A stretch of DNA of 64,000 nt from Spirochaetia bacterium (GTDB lineage Bacteria > Spirochaetota > Spirochaetia > CADAEX01), in contig CAXXHA010000036.1 in NCBI GenBank assembly GCA_963662265.2, positions 32,001 to 96,000 of the forward strand. Reading direction: 5' to 3'. The translations under genes and the position numbers were made by a program. Shown here piece by piece: positions 56,108 to 64,000 of this stretch (its first letter is position 1; each line of letters starts with the position of its first letter). A model generated the notes under the pieces. That model was not told the DNA's origin. It did not search any database and saw only the letters and a list, made by a program, of their open reading frames with translations.

Positions 56108-58147
56108 TTATACAGAATTGATTGTGAGAATGGATGGGATTGTACGTATGCTTTTTGCAACTTTTTTAAAGTCATCCTTGTTCTCTATTTCCAATGTGAA
56201 GTACCCGCTGAGCTTGTTGTTTTCTATTTCTATCAGTTTCCCTTCAATGAGATGTCCCCGGTATTTTCTGACAGCTCCCTCTATTTCCGCAAAGAGGTCA
56301 TGGGTCCGTTTTGCAGTTACCTTGAACCGTCTTGTCGCTTTCGGGGAAAGAGCTTCCCATTCCACATCAATGGATCTCTCTGTGAAATTTTTTATATGTT
56401 TCAGATTGGGACAGCTTTTCCTGTGTACAATAATTCCCCTGCCCACAGATATGTAGCCGATAATTGAATCTCCTGGTTTCGGAGAACAGCATTTACCGAA
56501 ACTTATCATCAGGTTTTTTTCACCGTTGACCTTGAAACCGATTTTTTTTGTATCAATAATTTCTGTAATTACTTTATCGTCATGATCAAGTGAAGCTGCC
56601 GCAGCCTCGGCTTCGGCCTGTTTCTGTTCAGCAAGCTGTTGCTGCTGCTGTTGAACAAGCTTGTTTTTGGCGACAATGTTTTTGCTTATAATCACTGAAT
56701 CATCATGTTTGTTAAGCCACTGTCTTATCTTTGATTTTGCCCGTGTTGTCTTTGCCATCCTCAGCCAGTTTAGGTGCGGATGTGCGGAATTATTTGTGAT
56801 AATTTCGACAACCTGTGTGTTCTGGAGTTCCTTGCCCAGCGGTATTATATACCCGTCAGCTTTTGCACTTACACAGTGGTTTCCCACTTCAGAGTGGATA
56901 TGATAGGCAAAATCAATTGCAGTGGATCCTGCAGGCATTTCAAATACATCTCCTGCCGGGGTGAAAACATAAATTGTATCTTTGAGTATTTCCTTTTTAA
57001 GATCACTCAGAAAATTCGCATTGCTGTTTGAAAGGGTATTCCATTTCTTGAGTTTGTTTACAAGTGCAATATCCTTTGGATTTAATGAATCCGGTGTTTG
57101 CCCTTTCTTGTACAGCCAGTGTGCTGCAATTCCGTATTCAGCTGTTTTATGCATGTTATGGGTTCTTATCTGGACTTCCAGTATTTTCCCGTTGTCTGTC
57201 ATTACAGTTGTGTGAAGGCTCTGGTATTTGTTTGATTTCGGTACTGCTATATAGTCTTTGAATCTTCTTTCTATCGGTATCCATACATTATGGACAATGC
57301 CGAGCATTGCATAGCATTCGTTTACAGTTCTGCAGAAAATTCTTATACCTAGGAGGTCATATATTTCGTTAAGATCCTTACCGCTCTTTGTCATTTTCTT
57401 GTAGATCGAGTAAAAATGCTTGGCCCTTGTTGTCACTTTTATATCTATGCTTTCCTTATTCGCGGCTGCTGTAATTTTCTCCTCAATAAATTTAAGGTAT
57501 TCAGCTCTTTTTTTCTTTTTAAGGGCAAGAAACTGTTTAATCTGTGTATGAACATCAGGGTTCAGGTATTTCAGTGAAAGGTCTTCGAGCTCGGCTTTAA
57601 TGCTTGACATACCGAGCTGACCTGCCAGCGGGGCATATATTTCAAGGCATTCTGCAGCTATTGCCTTCTGTCTTTCCGGTTTAAGGTATGAAAGTGTTCT
57701 CATGTTGTGAAGTTTGTCGGCAAGTTTAATAAGTATGACCCTGATATCCTTGACCATGGCGATAAGCATCTTTCTTATAGTTTCTATTTCCTGAACTGAT
57801 TTATTTTTCGCCTTTAAAATGCTTATTTTTGTTACACCATCGACAAGCTGTGCAACTTCTGAGCCGAATTTCTTCTCAAGTTCATCTCTTGATATGCCTG
57901 TGTCTTCTATTGTGTCATGGAGCAGGGCTGCAACAATTGTAGGGGGGTCGAGGTTTATTTCAATAAGAACAGATGCAACTTGAATCGGGTGAATATAATA
58001 TGGTTCGCCGCTGGCCCGTTTCTGCTCGCCATGGAGTTCAGCGCCCCATGTTGCAGCCTCCATAATCCATTCAATATCATTATGAATGTAGTTGTTTTCA
58101 GCGAGGAGTTTCTGAAGCTGTTCAAGTTCTGTTTGTATTCTGTTCAT
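56108..58147 (-). CDS. rel: Bifunctional (p)ppGpp synthetase/hydrolase
   Basis: SGEPYYIHP, LLHDTIED, RFKDY, YQSLHT, EVQIRT, TGS domain, CC...C motif, ACT-like end. Confidence 0.95.
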   Translation of the reverse strand: MNRIQTELEQLQKLLAENNYIHNDIEWIMEAATWGAELHGEQKRASGEPYYIHPIQVASVLIEINLDPPTIVAALLHDTIEDTGISRDELEKKFGSEVAQLVDGVTKISILKAKNKSVQEIETIRKMLIAMVKDIRVILIKLADKLHNMRTLSYLKPERQKAIAAECLEIYAPLAGQLGMSSIKAELEDLSLKYLNPDVHTQIKQFLALKKKKRAEYLKFIEEKITAAANKESIDIKVTTRAKHFYSIYKKMTKSGKDLNEIYDLLGIRIFCRTVNECYAMLGIVHNVWIPIERRFKDYIAVPKSNKYQSLHTTVMTDNGKILEVQIRTHNMHKTAEYGIAAHWLYKKGQTPDSLNPKDIALVNKLKKWNTLSNSNANFLSDLKKEILKDTIYVFTPAGDVFEMPAGSTAIDFAYHIHSEVGNHCVSAKADGYIIPLGKELQNTQVVEIITNNSAHPHLNWLRMAKTTRAKSKIRQWLNKHDDSVIISKNIVAKNKLVQQQQQQLAEQKQAEAEAAAASLDHDDKVITEIIDTKKIGFKVNGEKNLMISFGKCCSPKPGDSIIGYISVGRGIIVHRKSCPNLKHIKNFTERSIDVEWEALSPKATRRFKVTAKRTHDLFAEIEGAVRKYRGHLIEGKLIEIENNKLSGYFTLEIENKDDFKKVAKSIRTIPSILTINSV

Positions 58148-58150
58148 TTC

Positions 58151-58990
58151 CTATAAACGGGCAGTTATAACCCTTTCCCTTCCTGCAAGGTCCCTGATAA
58201 TAGAGATATCTGAAAACCTGTTATTCCCAAATATATCTGCAATAGCTTTCATCTGTGAAGGGTCTGCCTCATATGCAAGCAGTCCCCCCTTTTCCAGATG
58301 CAGAACAGCCTGTTCTGTAATCTTTCTTATAAAATCAAGTCCGTCATCTCCTCCGCTAAGCGCAGTTACCGGTTCAGGCCAGTTTCCTGATATCATTTCC
58401 CCGACATGACTGTCTGTCAGGTATGGAGGATTCGATACAATAATATCGTACTTTTCATTTATTTTCTCAAATAAATTACTTCTTATAAATTTAATTTTTT
58501 TTTCATTTAATGAAAAGCAGTTTTTGCGGAATATTTTTTCTGAAATTTCTGAAATATCAGAGGCATCAATTACCGCATCAGGAATATTTTTCTGAAGTGT
58601 TATAGCAATACAACCTGAACCTGTGCACAGATCAAGTATCCTCAGGTTTTTCCTGCCGGAACTTTCCACAGATTTTATGACAGTCTCAACAAGAATTTCT
58701 GTGTCTGAACGGGGAATCAGAATACCTTCTGAAACATGGAAATCAAGGCCGTAAAATTCTTTTTTACCTGTTATATAGGCGACAGGGTATCCGGAAGCTC
58801 TTTTTTCAACAGCCTCAAAAAATTCCTTTTCAGCTTTTTTATCGATCTCCATATCATAGGAAGCAAGCAGTTTTTCCCTGCGGATATCCAGAATGCTGCA
58901 GAGAATTACAGATGCATCGAGAATAGGTGTATCCGGCCATCTGGGAGATATTTTTTCAGATCCAAGTTTTATAAGGTTTCTGACATTCAT
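58151..58990 (-). CDS. prmC: Release factor glutamine methyltransferase
   Basis: LIPR.DTE, LDLCTGSGCIA, SNPPY; follows prfA. Confidence 0.95.
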   Translation of the reverse strand: MNVRNLIKLGSEKISPRWPDTPILDASVILCSILDIRREKLLASYDMEIDKKAEKEFFEAVEKRASGYPVAYITGKKEFYGLDFHVSEGILIPRSDTEILVETVIKSVESSGRKNLRILDLCTGSGCIAITLQKNIPDAVIDASDISEISEKIFRKNCFSLNEKKIKFIRSNLFEKINEKYDIIVSNPPYLTDSHVGEMISGNWPEPVTALSGGDDGLDFIRKITEQAVLHLEKGGLLAYEADPSQMKAIADIFGNNRFSDISIIRDLAGRERVITARL

Positions 58991-59062
58991 TGAAAAATCC
59001 TTATCAGTATTTTAATTCGGATAGATGTTTGTTTTCTGTTATTTAAATGAAAAGAGTCTATT

Positions 59063-59095
59063 AAAAAAGCAGCAGAATATTGTAAATCCTGCTGC
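59063..59095 (-). terminator. Terminator-like hairpin between prfA and prmC
   Basis: Minus strand GCAGCAG-loop-CTGCTGC-TTTTTT. Confidence 0.55.
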
Positions 59096-59105
59096 CTGAT
59101 ATCTG

Positions 59106-60167
59106 CTATTCCTTCAGCATCTGTTCTTTTGCGTTGAGTTTCAGAGAATCAAGTACTTCATCCAGTACACCATCCATTACATATTCAAGTTTATAAAGTG
59201 TAAGGTTGATCCTGTGATCAGTGAGCCTGTTCTGAGGAAAGTTGTAGGTCCTGATTCTTTCAGACCTGTCACCTGAGCCGATCTGGTTTTTCCTGTTTTC
59301 AGACCTTTCTTTCTGCCTCTTTGCCTCTTCTATTTCATAGAGTCTTGATCTCAGGACCCTGAATGCTTTTGCCTTGTTTTTAATCTGTGATTTTTCATCC
59401 TGGCAGGTTACAACAAGACCTGTAGGAATGTGTGTGAGTCTTACAGCCGAGTCTGTTGTATTTACACTCTGTCCCCCCGGTCCTGATGAACGGTATACAT
59501 CGACTTTTACTTCATCGGGATTAAGCTGGATATCTGTTTCTTCAGCTTCGGGAAGTACAGCTACTGTAACTGCTGATGTGTGAACTCTTCCCCCTGATTC
59601 CGTTTCCGGAACTCTCTGAACCCTATGAACACCGCTTTCATACCTGAGGTTTTCATAAACATTGCTGCCTGAAATGGAAAAAACAACCTCTTTGAAGCCT
59701 CCGATTCCGATTTCATTTGAAGACATGATTTCTATTTTCCATTTTCTTGTTTCGGCATATTTTGAATACATTCTGAAAAGATCAGCAGCGAAAAGAGCAG
59801 CTTCATCGCCCCCGGTTCCGGCCCTTATTTCCATGATAATATTTTTTCTGTCAAGCGGGTCTTTGGGAATGAGAAGATGCTTGAGATCTGTGTTCAGTTT
59901 TTCAACAGTTTCTTCAAGCTCTTTAAGCTCCTCTTTTGCCATCTCCTTCATTTCAGGATCTGTTTCTTCCGCAATTAAAAGCTTTGCATCCTCAATCTGG
60001 GTTTCTGCTTCCCTGTATTTTTCATAGCATTCTACGAGTTCCCTGAGATGGGAATGCTCCTGCATTATTTCTTTGTATTTATTTACATCTTTAACAATAT
60101 CCGGATCTGAAAGCTTCTGTTCATATTCCCTGTATTTTTCAATCATCCTATTAATTTTATCAAGCAT
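59106..60167 (-). CDS. prfA: Peptide chain release factor 1
   Basis: [20 protein letters not shown] (PxT), [17 protein letters not shown]. Confidence 0.97.
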   Translation of the reverse strand: MLDKINRMIEKYREYEQKLSDPDIVKDVNKYKEIMQEHSHLRELVECYEKYREAETQIEDAKLLIAEETDPEMKEMAKEELKELEETVEKLNTDLKHLLIPKDPLDRKNIIMEIRAGTGGDEAALFAADLFRMYSKYAETRKWKIEIMSSNEIGIGGFKEVVFSISGSNVYENLRYESGVHRVQRVPETESGGRVHTSAVTVAVLPEAEETDIQLNPDEVKVDVYRSSGPGGQSVNTTDSAVRLTHIPTGLVVTCQDEKSQIKNKAKAFRVLRSRLYEIEEAKRQKERSENRKNQIGSGDRSERIRTYNFPQNRLTDHRINLTLYKLEYVMDGVLDEVLDSLKLNAKEQMLKE

Positions 60168-60451
60168 CTGTTACTCCTCCGGAACTGTTCGTTATATTTT
60201 ATTTAATGTGTACTGCTGCAGATTCTATCCAGTTTTATTATTGAATAAGTTGAATGCGGTATTATACAGAATTCTTATGATCTCTGAAGCTGCTGCTTGT
60301 TATTTCTTGAAAAATACAGCATCCAATCCGGTTTTAAAATTTCAGCTATTTGCAGATGTATAAATATATAACAATAATCAGGTTTATATCAATCATTTTA
60401 CAGGGCCCTGCTGATATCTTGAAATTAAAAAAGTATATACATCAGAAATTT

Positions 60452-60489
60452 AAAAAGGGATTTCTGAACCAATGTCATGAAATCCCTTT
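60452..60489 (-). terminator. Intrinsic terminator after the DEAD-box helicase gene
   Basis: AAAGGGATTTC...GAAATCCCTTT stem with a T-run on the minus strand. Confidence 0.7.
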
Positions 60490-60546
60490 ATACAGTTAAT
60501 ATAATGAAAACACTTTTTCCTGATAAATTATTCAGAAATCAGCTGT

Positions 60547-62271
60547 TTATCTTCTTTTTCTCTTTTTCTCTGTCTTTGCCATTTCAATCATCGGCTTTTT
60601 GCCTCTTTTCATGGATTTGAAAGCCCTGATAATTCTTTCTGCATCGTTGTATGAAGTTGTGACAAAGGAAAATGCATCATATACCTGTATATCTCTGAGG
60701 AATCGGTCCCGTACTCCTGACTTCTTCTCAATCATTTCAGCGAGTTTCCTCTTTGTGAGATTGTTGTCTTTTCTTCCCATCTGGATAAAAAGTCTTGCCT
60801 TTCCCTGTCTGTCTACAGATACATTCCTGATTTCCCTGTAGCTGTTCCTGTCAAGCTCATCCTTATAGGCAGCCTGAAGTACAGCAGCGAGTATGCTCTC
60901 ATGACTGCTTTTTATCATGAGTTCTTCTGCCATTTTTTTGAAATCCGGGCTGATTTCTTCAGAATCAATGTTTTCTATATCAGAAAATATTCTTTCTTTT
61001 TTTGCCTGGATAACATCATCTACTCCGGGGATCTGCATTTTTACTATTTCAGTCTTTGCAACTCTTTTAATGAAAGTCAGTTTCCTGTACTCATCAGGTG
61101 TGACAAATGTAATTGCAACTCCCTCATTTCCTGCCCTGCCTGTTCTTCCTATTCTGTGGACATAGGACTCAGGATCCTGGGGAAGAGAATAATTGATAAC
61201 ATGGGTCAGGTTGTTAATATCAATACCCCTGGCTGCTACATCTGTTGCGACCAGTATTGTTATATTTTTCTTTCTGAATTTCTTGAGTATTATTTCTCTC
61301 TGTGACTGTGTAATATCTCCGTGAAGAGCCGCAGAGTCATATCCTCTTCCTGAAAGGCGGGATGCTACATCATCAACTCCCACTTTTGTTCTGCAGAATA
61401 TCAGTCCGTAAAAATCCTCTTCAATATCGATGATTCTGCAGAGTGCCTCAAATTTATCCCTTTCATTTACTTCGAAATAGATCTGCTCGGTCAGGCCTGT
61501 AACAAGCTGTTCCTTTTCCGAGATTATATGCTCATATTCATCCATGTATTTTTCGCCGATCTTCTTTATTCTGTCCGGCATTGTTGCGGAAAACAGGAGC
61601 ATTTTCCTGTCTTTACCTACAGAATCCAGGATTTCCTCGACTTCATCGATAAATCCCATATTAAGCATTTCATCTGCTTCGTCAAGAACAACATAGGAAA
61701 TGCTGTCAAGCTTCATTGTTTTCCGGTTTATGTGATCTATAACTCTTCCGGGTGTACCTACTACTATGTCTACGCCGCCCCTCAGTTTACTTATCTGCTG
61801 GCTTATTGCCTGCCCTCCGTAAACCGGGATAATTCGTATTCCTCTGTCCCCTTTCAGAGAGTTGAGTTCTTCAGATACCTGAATTGCAAGTTCCCTGGTT
61901 GGTGTGAGAATAAGGGCTTTTATGTTTTTTCCGCCTGATTTTATCTTTTCCAGTATAGGCAGTCCGAATGCTGCTGTTTTTCCTGTTCCTGTCTGTGCCT
62001 GGCCGATTATGTCCCTGTCTCCTTCGAGAAGCAGGGGAATGATTTTCTGCTGAATTCCTGTCGGTTCTTCGAATCCTTTTTCTTTAAGCGCCTTGAGTGT
62101 TTTTTCCGACAGCCCTAGTTTTTCAAATGAGTCTGTTTCTTTGATAATTTTTTTACCATCCTGTATTTTTTGTAAGCCCTGTATCTGCAGAGCCGCCCTT
62201 TTTTGGGCTTGTTGAATCTCATACCGTGAGATTTTCCAACCGGGTGAAGAATCATTTGTTTTTTCGGGCAT
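60547..62271 (-). CDS. DEAD-box RNA helicase (DeaD/CshA-like, DbpA-type RNA-binding C-terminus); start uncertain, possibly near 62148
   Basis: AQTGTGKT, PTRELA, TPGR, DEAD, SAT, ARGID, HRIGRTGRAG. Confidence 0.93.
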   Translation of the reverse strand: MPEKTNDSSPGWKISRYEIQQAQKRAALQIQGLQKIQDGKKIIKETDSFEKLGLSEKTLKALKEKGFEEPTGIQQKIIPLLLEGDRDIIGQAQTGTGKTAAFGLPILEKIKSGGKNIKALILTPTRELAIQVSEELNSLKGDRGIRIIPVYGGQAISQQISKLRGGVDIVVGTPGRVIDHINRKTMKLDSISYVVLDEADEMLNMGFIDEVEEILDSVGKDRKMLLFSATMPDRIKKIGEKYMDEYEHIISEKEQLVTGLTEQIYFEVNERDKFEALCRIIDIEEDFYGLIFCRTKVGVDDVASRLSGRGYDSAALHGDITQSQREIILKKFRKKNITILVATDVAARGIDINNLTHVINYSLPQDPESYVHRIGRTGRAGNEGVAITFVTPDEYRKLTFIKRVAKTEIVKMQIPGVDDVIQAKKERIFSDIENIDSEEISPDFKKMAEELMIKSSHESILAAVLQAAYKDELDRNSYREIRNVSVDRQGKARLFIQMGRKDNNLTKRKLAEMIEKKSGVRDRFLRDIQVYDAFSFVTTSYNDAERIIRAFKSMKRGKKPMIEMAKTEKKRKRR

Positions 62272-62706
62272 CTCAAGAGTCTGATTTACTGTACAACTTA
62301 AAGACTAAGCCGGAAATCGGCCTGTACAAAAGCAGCGGCAATTTAAAATACTTTGAATATATCCGGAAAGAATCACCTTTATTGATTTCAATGGTTTTTC
62401 AGTATCAATATTATCTCAGTGAAATGTTAAAACCTTTTCCGGTTCAATTGAACTGCCCGGGCAGGAGCTGTTGACCAGTCCTTACGACATATAATGTTAA
62501 TTATTATCTCCGCCAGGTTCCGTATTTTATAACATAATACAGTTAGTTAGGATAGAGCTGACCTGTTAAAATAACAGCTATTATTGACTGTTTTTTTCAA
62601 TATACACTATAATGGCATTATAAAAATTGAATGTGCAGTTACGGAATAATTCATAATAAAATAATATTTCATATTAACTGTAAATTCAGTTGAAAACTCA
62701 TATATC

Positions 62707-62812
62707 GGCAATGATAAAAACGCGTACCGGTAGGTAGCCCGGTAGGGGAAGCAGCTTTCAATATAGATTGCTTCCCATGTATCCATTCTTTTCTGAATGT
62801 CCGTTCATAGCC
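62707..62812 (+). ncRNA. yjdF (azaaromatic) riboswitch-like leader
   Basis: P1 GGCaATGA/TCATaGCC, AAAAACGC, stem-loop TACCGG-TAGGTAGC-CCGGTA, 3' GAATGTCC; lies directly upstream of a YjdF-family gene. Confidence 0.75.
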
Positions 62813-62837
62813 TTCTTAAGAAATTTAAGGGGGAATT

Positions 62838-63248
62838 ATGGACAGGATGGAATTCCTGATTTTTTTTAAAAAACCTTTCTGGACTGGTCTGTGTACAAGA
62901 TATACAGATGACGGAATATTTTCCGCAATTCATGTATTTGGCTCCGAACCGACAAACGGGGAAATTACCGACTTTTATCTGAATCATTTTGACAGGCTTG
63001 AATTTGTCAGATGCGACACAGATGCTGAGTATTCAGGAATAAAAAAGGTATCATTCAAAAAATCGCTTCATAAGGGAAAGACAGAGCAGAAAAAAGGGAC
63101 AGGCAGATCGCTTGAACTTAATAAAGCTGCCATGTCAAAGCACCTTGAAGAGAAGAAAATGCTGAAAAAACAGGATAAAAGAGAACAGTTCCGTGAAAAA
63201 TATCTTCAGAAAGCGAGAAAGAGAAAAGATAAAAAGAGGGGGCATTGA
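62838..63248 (+). CDS. yjdF: YjdF family (DUF2992) protein
   Basis: FF..PFW.G, FGSEP, basic C-terminus ending KKRGH. Confidence 0.82.
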   Translation: MDRMEFLIFFKKPFWTGLCTRYTDDGIFSAIHVFGSEPTNGEITDFYLNHFDRLEFVRCDTDAEYSGIKKVSFKKSLHKGKTEQKKGTGRSLELNKAAMSKHLEEKKMLKKQDKREQFREKYLQKARKRKDKKRGH

Positions 63249-64000
63249 TTAAATTACCAGCGAGGCTGCTCCGAGTATTGCCGCATCCTGTTCAGGCAGG
63301 GACGAAGTTGTGATTTCCACTTTATGTGTCTTGTATGTTTCAAGAACTTCTCTTTCGAAATATTTTTTTACAGGATCAAGAAGAATGTTTCCGCTTTTAA
63401 TCAGCCCTCCCGCAACAATAATTGCTTCAGGCGAGAATATATGTACAAGGTCTGCGAAAAATGATGCCAGTAGTTTTCCTGTGTAGTTGAAAATATCAAG
63501 AGCTGTTTCATCTTCCAGAAGAGCCGCATCATAAATCTCTTTAGCAGTAAGGTTGTCCTTTCCAATCCTATTCAGAATGGACAGTTTCTGGCTGTCTCTG
63601 TCCATTATTTCCTTTGCTGTCTCTACAAATCCTGTCGCAGAAGCATACCTCTCTATGCAGCCTTTTCTTCCGCAGTTGCATTTCCGTCCGTCCGGAACAG
63701 CTTTTATATGGCCGATTTCTCCCGCAAATCCGTACTTCCCGTAAAGTAGCTTTGAATCTGTGAAAATTCCACCGCCTATGCCTGTACCCAGTGTCACTAC
63801 AATGAAATCAGTGTAATTCTTTGCCTTTCCGAAATTCTTTTCTCCAAGAGCAGCTGCATTTGCATCATTTGTTATCAGTGAATTAATGCCCGGAAGAATT
63901 CCCGATGTCATGTCTACCAGCCCTCTCCATGGAAGATTTGGAGCATATTCAATTTTCCCTGTATAGAAATTACCGTTCGGAGCGCCGATTCCTATGCCTG
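63249..64000 (-). CDS. ROK family sugar kinase (glucokinase); 5'-truncated by the window edge
   Basis: GIGIGAPNG, NDANAAALGE, TLGTGIGGG, GEIGH, CNCGRKGCIE; frame open to the window end. Confidence 0.9.
   Translation of the reverse strand, partial: GIGIGAPNGNFYTGKIEYAPNLPWRGLVDMTSGILPGINSLITNDANAAALGEKNFGKAKNYTDFIVVTLGTGIGGGIFTDSKLLYGKYGFAGEIGHIKAVPDGRKCNCGRKGCIERYASATGFVETAKEIMDRDSQKLSILNRIGKDNLTAKEIYDAALLEDETALDIFNYTGKLLASFFADLVHIFSPEAIIVAGGLIKSGNILLDPVKKYFEREVLETYKTHKVEITTSSLPEQDAAILGAASLVI

Noticed and set aside
59106-60167. Programmed frameshift in the release factor gene
   Set aside because: This is RF1 (PxT motif) with a continuous frame; the frameshift applies to prfB
62442-62480. 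GTTCAATTGAAC palindrome and TGAACTGCCCGGG resembling an IS3 terminus
   Set aside because: Short match with no partner inverted repeat or transposase; may be chance or part of the helicase promoter region
110-63744. Many short (60-190 aa) ORFs antisense to or inside long genes
   Set aside because: Shadow ORFs of well-supported genes, with no RBS or family motifs
1-64000. CRISPR array, rRNA, tRNA, integrase, transposase, prophage or defence genes
   Set aside because: No regularly spaced repeats, cloverleaf or rRNA-like sequence, or matching protein motifs were seen on either strand

Overview
AT-rich bacterial chromosomal window, most likely from an anaerobic free-living spirochaete. The evidence is the prfA-prmC-rel gene order as in Borrelia, an SthK-like channel and TolC/Wzi-type outer-membrane proteins. 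It holds about 46 genes and no rRNA, tRNA, CRISPR array or intact mobile element. It is rich in signalling genes: a hybrid histidine kinase, three GGDEF proteins (one degenerate), a kinase/NtrC pair upstream of a sigma54-type tctCBA promoter, and three orphan PhnD-like binding proteins beside signalling genes. It also has ugpBAEC-like ABC genes, an ilvN-like/ptb/buk/TSUP operon, RND+TolC, a glf-wzi-wzi surface-polysaccharide cluster (glf frameshifted), rel/prmC/prfA, a DEAD-box helicase and a yjdF riboswitch with its gene. The top candidate for a new system is at 45.5-49.8 kb: a cyclic-nucleotide-gated K+ channel, an unknown protein, and a pore-less voltage-sensor protein with a 7-charge S4 and receptor-like TM-periplasmic-TM-HAMP-like topology. 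All calls come from motif recognition by eye; no database searches were run.
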